From the NCBI GenBank assembly GCA_016186645.1, contig JACPLF010000007.1, positions 126,651-190,650 on the forward strand: 64,000 nucleotides of DNA, read 5' to 3'. Below the pieces are notes generated by a model. The model ran no database searches. It was not told the origin of the DNA and saw only the letters and a list, made by a program, of their open reading frames with translations. Position numbers and translations under genes: made by a program. The DNA comes from Candidatus Levyibacteriota bacterium (lineage in GTDB: Bacteria; Patescibacteriota; Microgenomatia; Levybacterales; UBA12049). Shown here in pieces: positions 1 through 9,402 of the stretch; the stretch's first letter is position 1; every line of letters begins with the position of its first letter.

Positions 1-299
1 CAATTTACTATTGCTAATATATCTTCCTGGCTAACTAATGTCCACTCTTCGCTATCAACTTTTACTTCATTTCCTCCCCATTTTTTATACATTACTTTAT
101 CTCCTGCTTTAACAACCATGGGCTCTTTTTTTCCATCTTTATCCATTTTTCCAGCACCAACAGCCATAACAGTTCCTATTTGTGGTTTTTCTTTAGCAGA
201 GTCAGGAAGAATTATTCCGCTTGCTGTTTTTGATTGAACCTCCAAAGGTTTTATTAAAACATTATCGAACAGTGGCTTTAGGTTTTGCTTGCTTGCCAT
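1..299 (-). CDS. groES: Co-chaperonin GroES (stop codon runs off window edge)
   Basis: Not in ORF track. Manual translation from ATG at 299: MASKQNLKPLFDNVLIKP...KTASGIILPDSAKEKPQIGTVMAVGAG...VKAGDKVMYKKWGGNEVKVD...EDILAIVN, the Cpn10 signature. Confidence 0.95.
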   Translation of the reverse strand, partial: MASKQNLKPLFDNVLIKPLEVQSKTASGIILPDSAKEKPQIGTVMAVGAGKMDKDGKKEPMVVKAGDKVMYKKWGGNEVKVDSEEWTLVSQEDILAIVN

Positions 300-333
300 A
301 ATAAATTATCACCTTTAAATAAGTAACTGACAA

Positions 334-362
334 AATATACACTAAAACCAAAAAACTGTCAA
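334..362 (-). promoter_or_regulatory. Sigma70-type promoter for groES
   Basis: Minus strand TTGACA (362-357), 17 bp, TATATT (339-334). Confidence 0.55.
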
Positions 363-392
363 GAGTTAAATGTCAAAAGCTTAAAGAAAGGG

Positions 393-421
393 TTGACACA
401 GATTCATTTCTTCTATACCAT
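393..421 (+). promoter_or_regulatory. Sigma70-type promoter for the 440 ORF
   Basis: TTGACA (393-398), 17 bp, TACCAT (416-421). Confidence 0.55.
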
Positions 422-439
422 GAATTTGTAGGGATTTAT

Positions 440-1315
440 ATGTCCATTTTTTCGTCATACAAAAAAATATTCTTGTTGGGTTTTATCATCATAATCCTTA
501 TTGCAATTCCGTTTTCCGTATATATTGCCCAACAACGTCAGAGAACAACTACCAAAGCTGCCGCTTCTACTACTCTATCTTTTGATCCCGCATCGACAGG
601 AGGAGCTCCTGTTGCTACAAAAGTAGGCGAGACACTGACTTTGAACGTTGTTCTTGATCCTTCAGCCGGCACTCCTGCAAACCAGGTTTCTTTTGTGAAA
701 TTGTCCATCACTTTTGATTCATCCAAATTTACAGCTGAAAGTTTTAAGCCAAGTACAGACCCGAAGAATACCCTTACTTCCGTATTGGAAGAAGCTAGCT
801 TAACCTCCGGCAGAGCAACTATATCTTTATCTATTGGAGCTGATCCGACAAAAGTTGTAACGACAAAAACTAAAATTGCAATTCTAAAACTTAAAGCTCT
901 ATCTGTAACAACGCCTGGCAATCCAAGCAGTGTTACTTTTGGTTCTGACACGCAAGTCTTATCAATCGCTTCCTCCGATCAAACAAGCGAAAATGTTTTG
1001 TCAACAACTAGTCCTGCGATAGTAACTATTAACTCTGCATCTGTTTCAGCGTCGCCCACTCCAACAACTGCAATTCTTACAATTACTCCTACATCTCTTC
1101 CAGGTAATGCCCCATCACCTACGCTCTCGCCTTCAGGAGGAAATGCAGCTTTGATTATTGCTACTTCAGCACCTACTCTTCAGCCTCTTCCAACGCCAAC
1201 ATTCTTTCCGCAAGTAATACTTCCTCCAACAGGACCTTCGGAAAATATATTGGGAATCGGAATTGTCGGAATGATATTTACAATTATCGGAGGGATTCTC
1301 TTTTTACTTCTTTAA
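440..1315 (+). CDS. Surface protein: N-terminal TM, cohesin-like beta domain, Pro/Thr linker, C-terminal LPPTG + TM
   Basis: Hydrophobic N-terminus; beta-rich segment (TLNVVLDP...VSFVKLSITFDSSKF); PT-rich linker; ends LPPTGPSENILGIGIVGMIFTIIGGILFLLL. Confidence 0.7.
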   Translation: MSIFSSYKKIFLLGFIIIILIAIPFSVYIAQQRQRTTTKAAASTTLSFDPASTGGAPVATKVGETLTLNVVLDPSAGTPANQVSFVKLSITFDSSKFTAESFKPSTDPKNTLTSVLEEASLTSGRATISLSIGADPTKVVTTKTKIAILKLKALSVTTPGNPSSVTFGSDTQVLSIASSDQTSENVLSTTSPAIVTINSASVSASPTPTTAILTITPTSLPGNAPSPTLSPSGGNAALIIATSAPTLQPLPTPTFFPQVILPPTGPSENILGIGIVGMIFTIIGGILFLLL

Positions 1316-3060
1316 TTATTTTCTTCAATAATTGACAGAAGTGCTTCTTGAGGAATAGAGATTTTTGCCTGAGAGATCATTCGGGATTTTCCTTTTTTTT
1401 GAGCTTCCAATAATTTATCTTTTCTTCTTCTGTCCCCGCCACTCATCTTAGCTAAAACATCTTTTCTAAAAGGCGGGGTTTCTTCCCGAGTTACAATGTT
1501 TCCGTCTACAACTCCTTGGATAATTTGTCTGAATTGCTGGCGCGGCAGCGAGTTTTTAAGTCTTTCTGCTTTTTGTCTTGCTACATGAATTGCCTCATCT
1601 TTATATGCAAGCTCTGATAAAATATCAATTGCAATATCATTTACTTTTAGCTCAATTTTCGCCAAATCTGCAACTTTGTAAGAAGTCAATTCGTAATCTA
1701 GACTTGCATAGCCTTTGGATTTGGATTTCAGATCGGATGAAATTCCCCTAATAAACATGCTAAAAGGCATATCATAAGAGAGCGCTGCATAACTTTCATG
1801 ATAATTTAGGTCTAATAAGCTTCCTTTTCGGCTCTGGCAGATGTTCATAATCGGACCTACATAATCTTTAGGCGTATAAACTATCAATTTCATATAAGGC
1901 TCTAGTATTGTTCCATCCTCTCTCTTTTCATATAAGACGTGGGGCATAGTTAATAAAATTTCCAAATTAAATTCCTGCTTTATTCTTTCTTTGACAATCT
2001 GAGCATGTAAAAGTCCCAAAAATCCTACCCTAAAACCGGATCCTAAATAAGACGAATATTCTTCCGTATAAGTTAGGGCAGTGTCGTTAAGAGTCAATTT
2101 TGCAAGCGATTCTTTTAAATAGGCATAATCATTTGTACTTTTTGGATAGACTCCAAAAAACACCATCGGTTTGGGAATCTTGTATCCGGGCAGCGGTTCA
2201 AACTCCGAACTCTGAGCTCCGAACTCTGAACTCCGGACAGTGTCTCCGACACGCACTTTTCGGATATCTTTAACTCCTGTAATAACGTAACCAATTTCAC
2301 CTGTTGTTATTTCATTTGAAGAAACTAAATGGGGGGAGAAATATCCCAAATCTGTAATTTCTGACTCGATATTATTTTGATAAAACTCGATTTTTTCTCC
2401 TTTTTTTACTTGCCCATCAACTATTCTCACATACGCAACTACCCCGCGGAATTCATCATAAACAGCATCAAAAATAAGACCGCGCAGGGTCTTATCTTTT
2501 TCCCCTTTTGGCGCAGGAAGTCTCTTTACAACAGCTTCCAAAAGACTTTCTATATTTTTTCCTGTTTTTGCCGAAATATAAATTATTTCTTCTTCTTTAA
2601 ATCCAAATGTTCCAGCTAATTCTTTGCTTGTTGATTCAATCTGTGCGCTCGGCAAATCTATCTTGTTAACAACAGGTATCATGACTAAATTTTGTTTTTT
2701 GGCTTCTCTGAAATGCGCGACAGTTTGGGCTTGAATTCCCTGAGTTGCATCTACTAATAATATTGCCCCCTCACAAGCCGCCAACGTTCGGGAAACTTCA
2801 TAAGAAAAATCAACATGACCCGGAGTATCTATCAAATTCAGAATGTATAATTCAGAATTAAGAATATATTTCATTCTTACCGGGGCGAGCTTGATTGTTA
2901 TTCCCCGGCGTCTGCTGATTGGATTTTGGTCCAAAAACTGTTCTGTTATTTTTTCCTTGGGGATTGTTTTTGTAATTTCCAAAAGTCTGTCTGCAAGAGT
3001 GGATTTGCCATGATCTACATGAGCAATAATCGCAAAATTCCTAATATTTTTCTGTTCCAT
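1312..3060 (-). CDS. lepA: Translation factor EF-4 (LepA)
   Basis: NIRNFAIIAHVDHGKSTLAD, LIDTPGHVDFSYEVSR, NKID, C-terminal RKDVLAKMSGGD..RKDKLLEAQKKGKSRM. Confidence 0.97.
   Translation of the reverse strand: MEQKNIRNFAIIAHVDHGKSTLADRLLEITKTIPKEKITEQFLDQNPISRRRGITIKLAPVRMKYILNSELYILNLIDTPGHVDFSYEVSRTLAACEGAILLVDATQGIQAQTVAHFREAKKQNLVMIPVVNKIDLPSAQIESTSKELAGTFGFKEEEIIYISAKTGKNIESLLEAVVKRLPAPKGEKDKTLRGLIFDAVYDEFRGVVAYVRIVDGQVKKGEKIEFYQNNIESEITDLGYFSPHLVSSNEITTGEIGYVITGVKDIRKVRVGDTVRSSEFGAQSSEFEPLPGYKIPKPMVFFGVYPKSTNDYAYLKESLAKLTLNDTALTYTEEYSSYLGSGFRVGFLGLLHAQIVKERIKQEFNLEILLTMPHVLYEKREDGTILEPYMKLIVYTPKDYVGPIMNICQSRKGSLLDLNYHESYAALSYDMPFSMFIRGISSDLKSKSKGYASLDYELTSYKVADLAKIELKVNDIAIDILSELAYKDEAIHVARQKAERLKNSLPRQQFRQIIQGVVDGNIVTREETPPFRKDVLAKMSGGDRRRKDKLLEAQKKGKSRMISQAKISIPQEALLSIIEENN
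2201..2235. repeat. In-frame 7-mer tandem array in lepA (5 units)
   Basis: aactccg aactctg agctccg aactctg aactccg; encodes RSSEFGAQSSEF between VGDTV and EPLPGY. Confidence 0.85.
2835..2869. repeat. Degenerate 7-mer array in lepA G-domain loop
   Basis: aattcag aatgtat aattcag aattaag aatatat; encodes YILNSELYILN before LIDTPGH. Confidence 0.6.
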
Positions 3061-3081
3061 TGGGGAATATTATACTATTTT

Positions 3082-4749
3082 CTATGGATTAATGCGGGTG
3101 ACATCAATTGCTTCGTCTCTTTTGCTAAGGATTTCTTTCCAATTTCCTATTTTCTTAAAAATTAACAAAAATGTTGTTGCTTCTTTGACGTTGAAAAGCC
3201 AGGTTAAAAAAAGATAAAAAGAGAGTCCAATTAAACTTGATATTCCGGTCAGAAATATTAAATTTATTGTTCGTGTAGTATCAAAAACTAACTGATCTAA
3301 TAATTTTACAGGAACATATAAGGCAATACCTGTAAAAAAAGTCGCTAAGAAGATTTTAAGCGGAGAGAGAAATAATAAACCCCTAGGGAATCCTTGGACT
3401 TTTTTATTCAGAACAATAATAAGAGTGATTAATTGAAGAATATTGGTTAAGGTAAACGCGAATGCGATACTTTCAATGTTCATCTGCTTGATAATAACAA
3501 AATAATATCCAAGTATTATAAGTAATGTCGTAGAAAAGCCGCTGACAATAAGAGGAATTAACGAGTTGTGTAATGCATAAAATGCGCGATAGAAAAGAAC
3601 AATTAGAGCTTGCGCAAAAATAGAAATAGATAAGAAGGCTAAAATATGACCGGTTAGAACTGTTGCTGGCCAATCAAATTTATCTGCTCCGAAAGCCAGA
3701 CGCACGATTGGTATTCTAAGAACAAGTATAAGAATCGAGATTGGAAGAATAAGATATAGCATTTGATTGAAGCTCGTAATAAAGGTTATTTTAAAATCAT
3801 TAAGATTATTTTTTTCTCGTGAAAGAACAGGAAAAGCTGCCTGGGCAATACTGAATCCAACCAAAGAAATTGGAGCAAACATAAGCGTCTTTGCCGCATT
3901 AAAGAGTAAATGTGTGCGTCCAGGCTCAATCATAAATGCTATAATTGCAGCAAGAATAATTGTCCCTATTTGCTGTACAGCTACTTGAATCGTGCGTGGC
4001 CACATAAGCGTAAATATCTTATTGAGTCCTTTTGATTTGATAAAATTGATTGTCGGTCTAAAAGAAAATCCGACTTTTCTGGCAAGTGGAATTTGAAACA
4101 AAACAAAAATCACAGCACCCAAAACAACCCCAAGGGGAATAGCATAAATTCCGAAAAACTGATTGAATAACAAAATACCAAATATTATTCCTACATTGTA
4201 AAATGCCGCCGCAATTCCAGGTATAAAAAAATGGTTGTATGATTGCAGCATTGCGCTAAAAAAAGTACCAATTATATAGATAAGCTGGCCAACGACAATT
4301 ATCCGCATTAGATTAGCCATTAATTGCATGTCGCCGCTGGAAAAATTATGTCCACCATTAAAAATAGCAAGTAGTTGAGAAGCAAATATAGCAAGAGTTA
4401 GAGAAAGAATAATGAAAATAGCAAGCCCGACAGAAAGAAGCGTTGATGCCATTTCATGCGCAGATTTTTCCTCCCCTTTTACCAAATACTCAGAAAAAAC
4501 CGGTATAAATGCAGATGTAAGCGCTGCTGCAATAGTTAACTGAAAGATAGTGTCAGGAAGAATTGACGCATAATCGTAAATTCCTAAAGTGTTTGATGGG
4601 CCAAAAATAGAGAATGATAACCTCGTGCGGATAAGACCCAGAATATGAGACAAAACAACAGTTGTCATAATAATAAAAGCGGCGGAGAGAATATTGGTTT
4701 GACGAGTAAGAAGTATATTGATACTTTTCTTTAAAAAGTTCTGGGCCAT
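3082..4749 (-). CDS. murJ: Lipid II flippase MurJ (MviN)
   Basis: Multi-TM; LSHILGLIR, LPDTIFQL..ALTSAFIPVF, FYRAFYALHN motifs. Confidence 0.92.
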   Translation of the reverse strand: MAQNFLKKSINILLTRQTNILSAAFIIMTTVVLSHILGLIRTRLSFSIFGPSNTLGIYDYASILPDTIFQLTIAAALTSAFIPVFSEYLVKGEEKSAHEMASTLLSVGLAIFIILSLTLAIFASQLLAIFNGGHNFSSGDMQLMANLMRIIVVGQLIYIIGTFFSAMLQSYNHFFIPGIAAAFYNVGIIFGILLFNQFFGIYAIPLGVVLGAVIFVLFQIPLARKVGFSFRPTINFIKSKGLNKIFTLMWPRTIQVAVQQIGTIILAAIIAFMIEPGRTHLLFNAAKTLMFAPISLVGFSIAQAAFPVLSREKNNLNDFKITFITSFNQMLYLILPISILILVLRIPIVRLAFGADKFDWPATVLTGHILAFLSISIFAQALIVLFYRAFYALHNSLIPLIVSGFSTTLLIILGYYFVIIKQMNIESIAFAFTLTNILQLITLIIVLNKKVQGFPRGLLFLSPLKIFLATFFTGIALYVPVKLLDQLVFDTTRTINLIFLTGISSLIGLSFYLFLTWLFNVKEATTFLLIFKKIGNWKEILSKRDEAIDVTRINP

Positions 4750-4786
4750 GATTGTATTTTATAGTATAGCATGCTAAAATAACCCA

Positions 4787-5050
4787 ATGCCAGTAATAAG
4801 AAGTGCCAAGAAAAAATTAAGAGTTGACAAAAAAAGAGAGGCTGCCAACAAAAAAATTAAGGCTTTTGTTAATTTGGTCGTTAAAAAGGCCCAAAGAAAA
4901 CCGACTCCGGCAAGCATACAAGCAGCTTTTAGAGCAATCGATAAAGCTGTTAAGAAAGATATATTTCACAAAAATAAAGCTGCGAGACTAAAGTCAAGAT
5001 TATCAAAACTCCTCCCAAAAACTCCAAAAAGCAAAACTATCAAAAAATAG
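4787..5050 (+). CDS. rpsT: 30S ribosomal protein S20
   Basis: MPVIRSAKKKLR...IDKAVKKDIFHKNKAARLKSRL. Confidence 0.96.
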   Translation: MPVIRSAKKKLRVDKKREAANKKIKAFVNLVVKKAQRKPTPASIQAAFRAIDKAVKKDIFHKNKAARLKSRLSKLLPKTPKSKTIKK

Positions 5051-5062
5051 CTCCTAAGTGCT

Positions 5063-5091
5063 TTGACAAAAAGATCAAATTCCCCTAGACT
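5063..5091 (+). promoter_or_regulatory. Sigma70-type promoter for pilN operon
   Basis: TTGACA (5063-5068), 17 bp, TAGACT (5086-5091); favours ATG 5101 as the start. Confidence 0.55.
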
Positions 5092-5100
5092 AAATTGGCT

Positions 5101-5631
5101 ATGCCAAATAATCTGTCCTCTATAAATCTTATCAAAAATAAACAGATTCCTCTTTTTGATAAGTTTATGAACTGGGCCCTAACAGTAGGCCGCTTGATTG
5201 TAATATTTACAGAAATAGTAGCAGTTTCAGCTTTTATTTATAGATTTTCCCTGGATGAGAGACTTATTGACCTTCACTCTGCGATCAAACAAAAACAGGC
5301 TTTGATCTCACTTTTAAAGCAAGATGAAACTAAATATAGAAATTTACAGAATCGTATCGCCCTAGCGTCTACGCTTTCTGAAAAAAATGAAAAAACTAAC
5401 AAGATAGTTTTAAATATTACAGACTTAATACCCCAGGGAGTAAGAATCAGTAATTTGACTTTCAATCAAGACAAAATAACCATAAACGCAAATGTAAATT
5501 CCGTATCATCATTAACGGATTTCATAAATACCCTTAGAGATTACCCAGATGTTAAATCTATAAGTATAGCCAACATCGAAAATAAGCCTTTGGTCGGCCT
5601 TTCGGTCACTGTTACAACAACACTTAAATAA
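5101..5631 (+). CDS. pilN: Type IV pilus alignment protein PilN-like
   Basis: N-terminal INL motif, single TM, coiled coil, then IPQGVRISNLTF...FINTL ferredoxin-like domain. ORF track start 5095 (TTG); ATG 5101 preferred. Confidence 0.75.
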   Translation: MPNNLSSINLIKNKQIPLFDKFMNWALTVGRLIVIFTEIVAVSAFIYRFSLDERLIDLHSAIKQKQALISLLKQDETKYRNLQNRIALASTLSEKNEKTNKIVLNITDLIPQGVRISNLTFNQDKITINANVNSVSSLTDFINTLRDYPDVKSISIANIENKPLVGLSVTVTTTLK

Positions 5632-5634
5632 AAT

Positions 5635-6252
5635 ATGCAAGATATAGCTCAAGAAATAGCAAAAATTAAATATTTCCCAAAACTTCCATATTTAAGTGAA
5701 GAAAGAAGTCACAAGTTCCTTACTATAGCATTAACTCTTCTTGCTTTGTCGTTTTTTGGACTTTTTGCTATAAATCCAACCGTCTCAACTATCTTAAAAT
5801 TGAAAAAAGAACTTTCAGATAGTGAATTCATCCATAGAGAGCTGGAAACTAAAATAAAAAATTTAGGTATACTTAGAAATCAGTACAATAATATACAAAC
5901 TGATTTGCCAATTGTTACAGATGCTATAACCACGCAGCCGGATGTTCATATCCTCTTTGCCCAAGTGCAAGCCGCCAGCCAAAGATCAAATGTAAAGATA
6001 AAAAAACTTCAAAATTTCGAAGTAGAAGTCATCAAAAATGAAAAGACACTGAATAAAGATTATTATTCCTATTCTTTTGCGATCGCGGGTAGCGGCGCTT
6101 TTGAAGATATATCTGATTTCGTCACAACCATTACAAATATGCAAAGAGTTATTGATATTGATGTGTTCTCTATAAGCAGCGCAACTACACAAGCTAGTCA
6201 GTCTTTGGAATTCAACATTCAGGCAACAGCTTTTTTCAAGGATAATTTATGA
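5635..6252 (+). CDS. pilO: Type IV pilus protein PilO-like
   Basis: TM, coiled coil, GAFEDISDFVTTITNMQRVIDI motif; follows pilN. Confidence 0.75.
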   Translation: MQDIAQEIAKIKYFPKLPYLSEERSHKFLTIALTLLALSFFGLFAINPTVSTILKLKKELSDSEFIHRELETKIKNLGILRNQYNNIQTDLPIVTDAITTQPDVHILFAQVQAASQRSNVKIKKLQNFEVEVIKNEKTLNKDYYSYSFAIAGSGAFEDISDFVTTITNMQRVIDIDVFSISSATTQASQSLEFNIQATAFFKDNL

Positions 6253-6545
6253 AACGAAAAGATTTTTTGATAATTCTGGTTCTTCTTTTTATTTTTGTTA
6301 TTGCCTGGATAGCAGGAAATATTTATCACAGTATCGCCACTTCAACGATATCTAATACAACAAATCAGGATATATCTCCAATTAGTCCTGCCTTTGACAC
6401 AAAGACTGTTGATAAGCTTAGGCAGAGACAAAAAGTAAATCCCGTTTTTGAGTTGAGCAATACCGCCCCAACTCCTACCCCTTTCCCTCTTGAGATATTA
6501 TCTCCTCCAGAATCATCTGAAGAAGCAAGATTAATATTGCCATGA
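6249..6545 (+). CDS. Small single-TM protein (PilP-position hypothetical)
   Basis: N-terminal TM, Pro-rich tail, translationally coupled to pilO. Confidence 0.6.
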   Translation: MKRKDFLIILVLLFIFVIAWIAGNIYHSIATSTISNTTNQDISPISPAFDTKTVDKLRQRQKVNPVFELSNTAPTPTPFPLEILSPPESSEEARLILP

Positions 6546-7858
6546 AAAATCAATTACTTAATAAACGCATCCCCACCATCTTTGTTGTTGGGTTAATATT
6601 ATTAGGCATAGTCTTAACAACGCTTATTGTAAGAATGCAGACAAATCTCAAGAGCAATGCATCAAATTCGGAAGAACCGAAAAATGTAAAGATTACAAAT
6701 CTATCAGATAAATCTTTTACCATAACTTACCAAACGCAAGCGCTCACCACTGGGTCTGTAAGTTACGGCAACAGTAAACAGCTGGGAAATACAGAAGTGG
6801 AAGATCTTAATCCTAAAAATATTCACAGTATCAGTATACAAAAACTTGATCCTTCAACGAGATATTATCTTGTTGTAATTTCTGGTCAAAACACCTTTTT
6901 AAATAATGGCTCCCCCTTTGAGATTTCAACAGGACCTAATATCTCTTCTCCTTCTGCAGTACAGACAGCTATAAAAGGAAAGGTTCTTTTACCTGATGGG
7001 AAAGCACCTACGCAAGCACTTGTATATTTAAGCTCAGATAGTTCGCAGGTTTTGTCTACAACTGTCCAAAAAGATGGGGAATTTAGTTTTTCTCTAAAAG
7101 AACTTCGGACAAATAACCTTTCTTCATACTTTGGATTCAACGAGAATACGGTTTTTGAACTTTTGGCTGTAGATAATTCCTTAAAATCAAAAGTCTCATT
7201 TTCTTTAAATGAGACAGGTTCACTTCCCACAATTACATTGTCCAATGATTATGATTTTACTAAAGATTTTGTATCAGATGCTTCAAGTTCTGCGCAAGTC
7301 GGTTTCCCCTCTACGGCAGTCAGTTCTGAAAATTTGAAACCAGAGATATTAACTCCAAAAAAAGATCAGTCTTTCACCGATCAAAAACCGCAATTTCGCG
7401 GAACAAGTTTGCCAAATGAAGATGTGGAAATAGTAATTCATTCTGATGAAAATATACAAACTCAAGTAACAGCAGACAGTAATGGCAACTGGACATATCG
7501 TCCTCCCAATAATCTTTCTCCGGGACCTCATACGATAACAGTTAAAACTCGTGATTCATCCGGCATATTAACAACCATAATGCAGTCTTTTATTGTATTC
7601 GCACAGGGTTCCCAAGTATCAGAATCTGCTACCCCTTCCGCTGCTCCCACTCAACAGATCACGCCAACTTTGATCCCTACACTCACCCCAACACCCTTTC
7701 CATCCCCAACAATTACTCCTACTCCGTTACCAGTCTTTGTAGAGACCAAGGGTGGTTTGCCGCCAACAGGAGATTCTTCAATCCTGTTAATTATGGGAGG
7801 GGTTGTTAGTACAATTTTTGGGATCGCATTATTCCTGCTAACACGCACCGCCTTATGA
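6542..7858 (+). CDS. Surface protein: FN3-like and bacterial Ig-like domains, PT linker, LPPTG + TM
   Basis: PKNVKITNLSDKSFTITY..HSISIQKLDPSTRYY (FN3-like); VTADSNGNWTY..LSPGPHTITV (Ig-like); ends LPPTGDSS + hydrophobic helix. Confidence 0.75.
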   Translation: MKNQLLNKRIPTIFVVGLILLGIVLTTLIVRMQTNLKSNASNSEEPKNVKITNLSDKSFTITYQTQALTTGSVSYGNSKQLGNTEVEDLNPKNIHSISIQKLDPSTRYYLVVISGQNTFLNNGSPFEISTGPNISSPSAVQTAIKGKVLLPDGKAPTQALVYLSSDSSQVLSTTVQKDGEFSFSLKELRTNNLSSYFGFNENTVFELLAVDNSLKSKVSFSLNETGSLPTITLSNDYDFTKDFVSDASSSAQVGFPSTAVSSENLKPEILTPKKDQSFTDQKPQFRGTSLPNEDVEIVIHSDENIQTQVTADSNGNWTYRPPNNLSPGPHTITVKTRDSSGILTTIMQSFIVFAQGSQVSESATPSAAPTQQITPTLIPTLTPTPFPSPTITPTPLPVFVETKGGLPPTGDSSILLIMGGVVSTIFGIALFLLTRTAL

Positions 7859-9402
7859 TGGTGTTTTTATTGATTTTAATTGGCGGATTTTTTCGCTTTT
7901 ACAATTTGGATTGGGGCAGCCCTTTTTATTTTCACCCTGATGAAAGAAATATTGCATCTTCTGTATTACAGATCAATTTCCCCAATCAGATGAACCCTCA
8001 TTTTTTTGCTTATGGATCTTTTCCTATATATTTAATTTATTTTACAGCTTTTTTTTTAAATTTAGTTAGCAAATCCCAACTGACTTTTGAACAAGCGCTT
8101 ATTATCAGCCGGTTCTATTCTGCAATTTTATCCGTACTTCTTATTCCCTCCATTTATTACATAGGAAGCAAATTAGCAAATAAAAACGTTGGGCTTATTG
8201 CAGCAGTATTTTGTACTTTTAGTGTTGGTCTGATTCAATTTTCTCATTTTGGAACATTTGAAATTTGGCTTACTTTTTTAGGTCTTTGGCTCTTTTATTT
8301 TTCCCTAAAATTATTAAAACAATTAGATTTTAAAGATATCATTACGGTTGGACTAATATCCGGACTTCTTGCAGCAACAAAGATTTCCTCTCTACCTCTT
8401 CTGATGATCCCTATGTTTTCTATATTAATAAGTTATTTATCACACAATAAATTATTCAAACATATCTTATATGGCTTGTCGCTAATATTTATCTCCTGCA
8501 TCTTATTTTACGCTGTTTCTCCTTATGTTTTTCTGGATACTTCTTCTTTTATAGCAAGCATGAGGCATGAGTCTTCTGTTGCTTTGGGAACATTATCTGT
8601 TTTTTATACGGGTGGCTTTTTCAATTCTATTCCTGTTATTTTCCAGTTTACGAAAATTTATCCATTTTTACTTAATCCAGCCTTGACTATCTTATTTATT
8701 CCTTCCCTAATTTATGTTATTTATTTTTTTCTGAAAAAACGGCATTATCCTCAATTACTTGTAGTCGCTTGTTTTTTATTACTTTTTTTCTCCCAAGCTT
8801 TTCTTTTTGCCAAATGGACAAGATATATATTGCCCACTTTGCCATTTGTATATTTAATAATTGCAATTTTTATAGATAAATTTATCAATAAAAAAATATT
8901 GCAAATCATATTTCTTATTTGCATAGTTTTTTCATGTTCTTATTTTATTGACAGTTTTGCAAGAAAGGATACCCGTATCCAGGCAAGTCTTTGGGCAAAA
9001 GAAAATATTCCTTCCAGCTCACGAGTATTAAGTGAGGTTTATGATTTGGGAATAGTCCCATTTAATCAATATCTGCCAAATATTTCCTTATTCAATTTTT
9101 ATGACTTAGATCAAACCCCCGACAAACCCTTGGAGCTTGATAAATTCTTATTAGAAAGTGGATATATTATTTTACCTAGTCAGAGAATTATACAAACTCG
9201 TATGATGAATAAAGACGAATTTCCCAATGGATATAAGTTTTACAATGAACTTATAAATGAGAAATTGGGATATAAAAAGGTTTACGAAACTTCTTGTGAT
9301 CTATTCTGCAAAATAATATATCTTGGAGATCCGGTTTTTTCATTCGAGGAAACTGCAAATGTTTTCGACCGCCCTACTGTTTTTATCTTTAAAAGAATGT
9401 GA
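7855..9402 (+). CDS. GT-C fold membrane glycosyltransferase (PMT_2/ArnT-like)
   Basis: RFYNLDWG..FHPDE first-loop motif, many TMs, ATK and RYILP motifs. Confidence 0.8.
   Translation: MMVFLLILIGGFFRFYNLDWGSPFYFHPDERNIASSVLQINFPNQMNPHFFAYGSFPIYLIYFTAFFLNLVSKSQLTFEQALIISRFYSAILSVLLIPSIYYIGSKLANKNVGLIAAVFCTFSVGLIQFSHFGTFEIWLTFLGLWLFYFSLKLLKQLDFKDIITVGLISGLLAATKISSLPLLMIPMFSILISYLSHNKLFKHILYGLSLIFISCILFYAVSPYVFLDTSSFIASMRHESSVALGTLSVFYTGGFFNSIPVIFQFTKIYPFLLNPALTILFIPSLIYVIYFFLKKRHYPQLLVVACFLLLFFSQAFLFAKWTRYILPTLPFVYLIIAIFIDKFINKKILQIIFLICIVFSCSYFIDSFARKDTRIQASLWAKENIPSSSRVLSEVYDLGIVPFNQYLPNISLFNFYDLDQTPDKPLELDKFLLESGYIILPSQRIIQTRMMNKDEFPNGYKFYNELINEKLGYKKVYETSCDLFCKIIYLGDPVFSFEETANVFDRPTVFIFKRM

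Noticed and set aside
300-440. CIRCE operator upstream of groES
   Set aside because: No TTAGCACTC-N9-GAGTGCTAA match.
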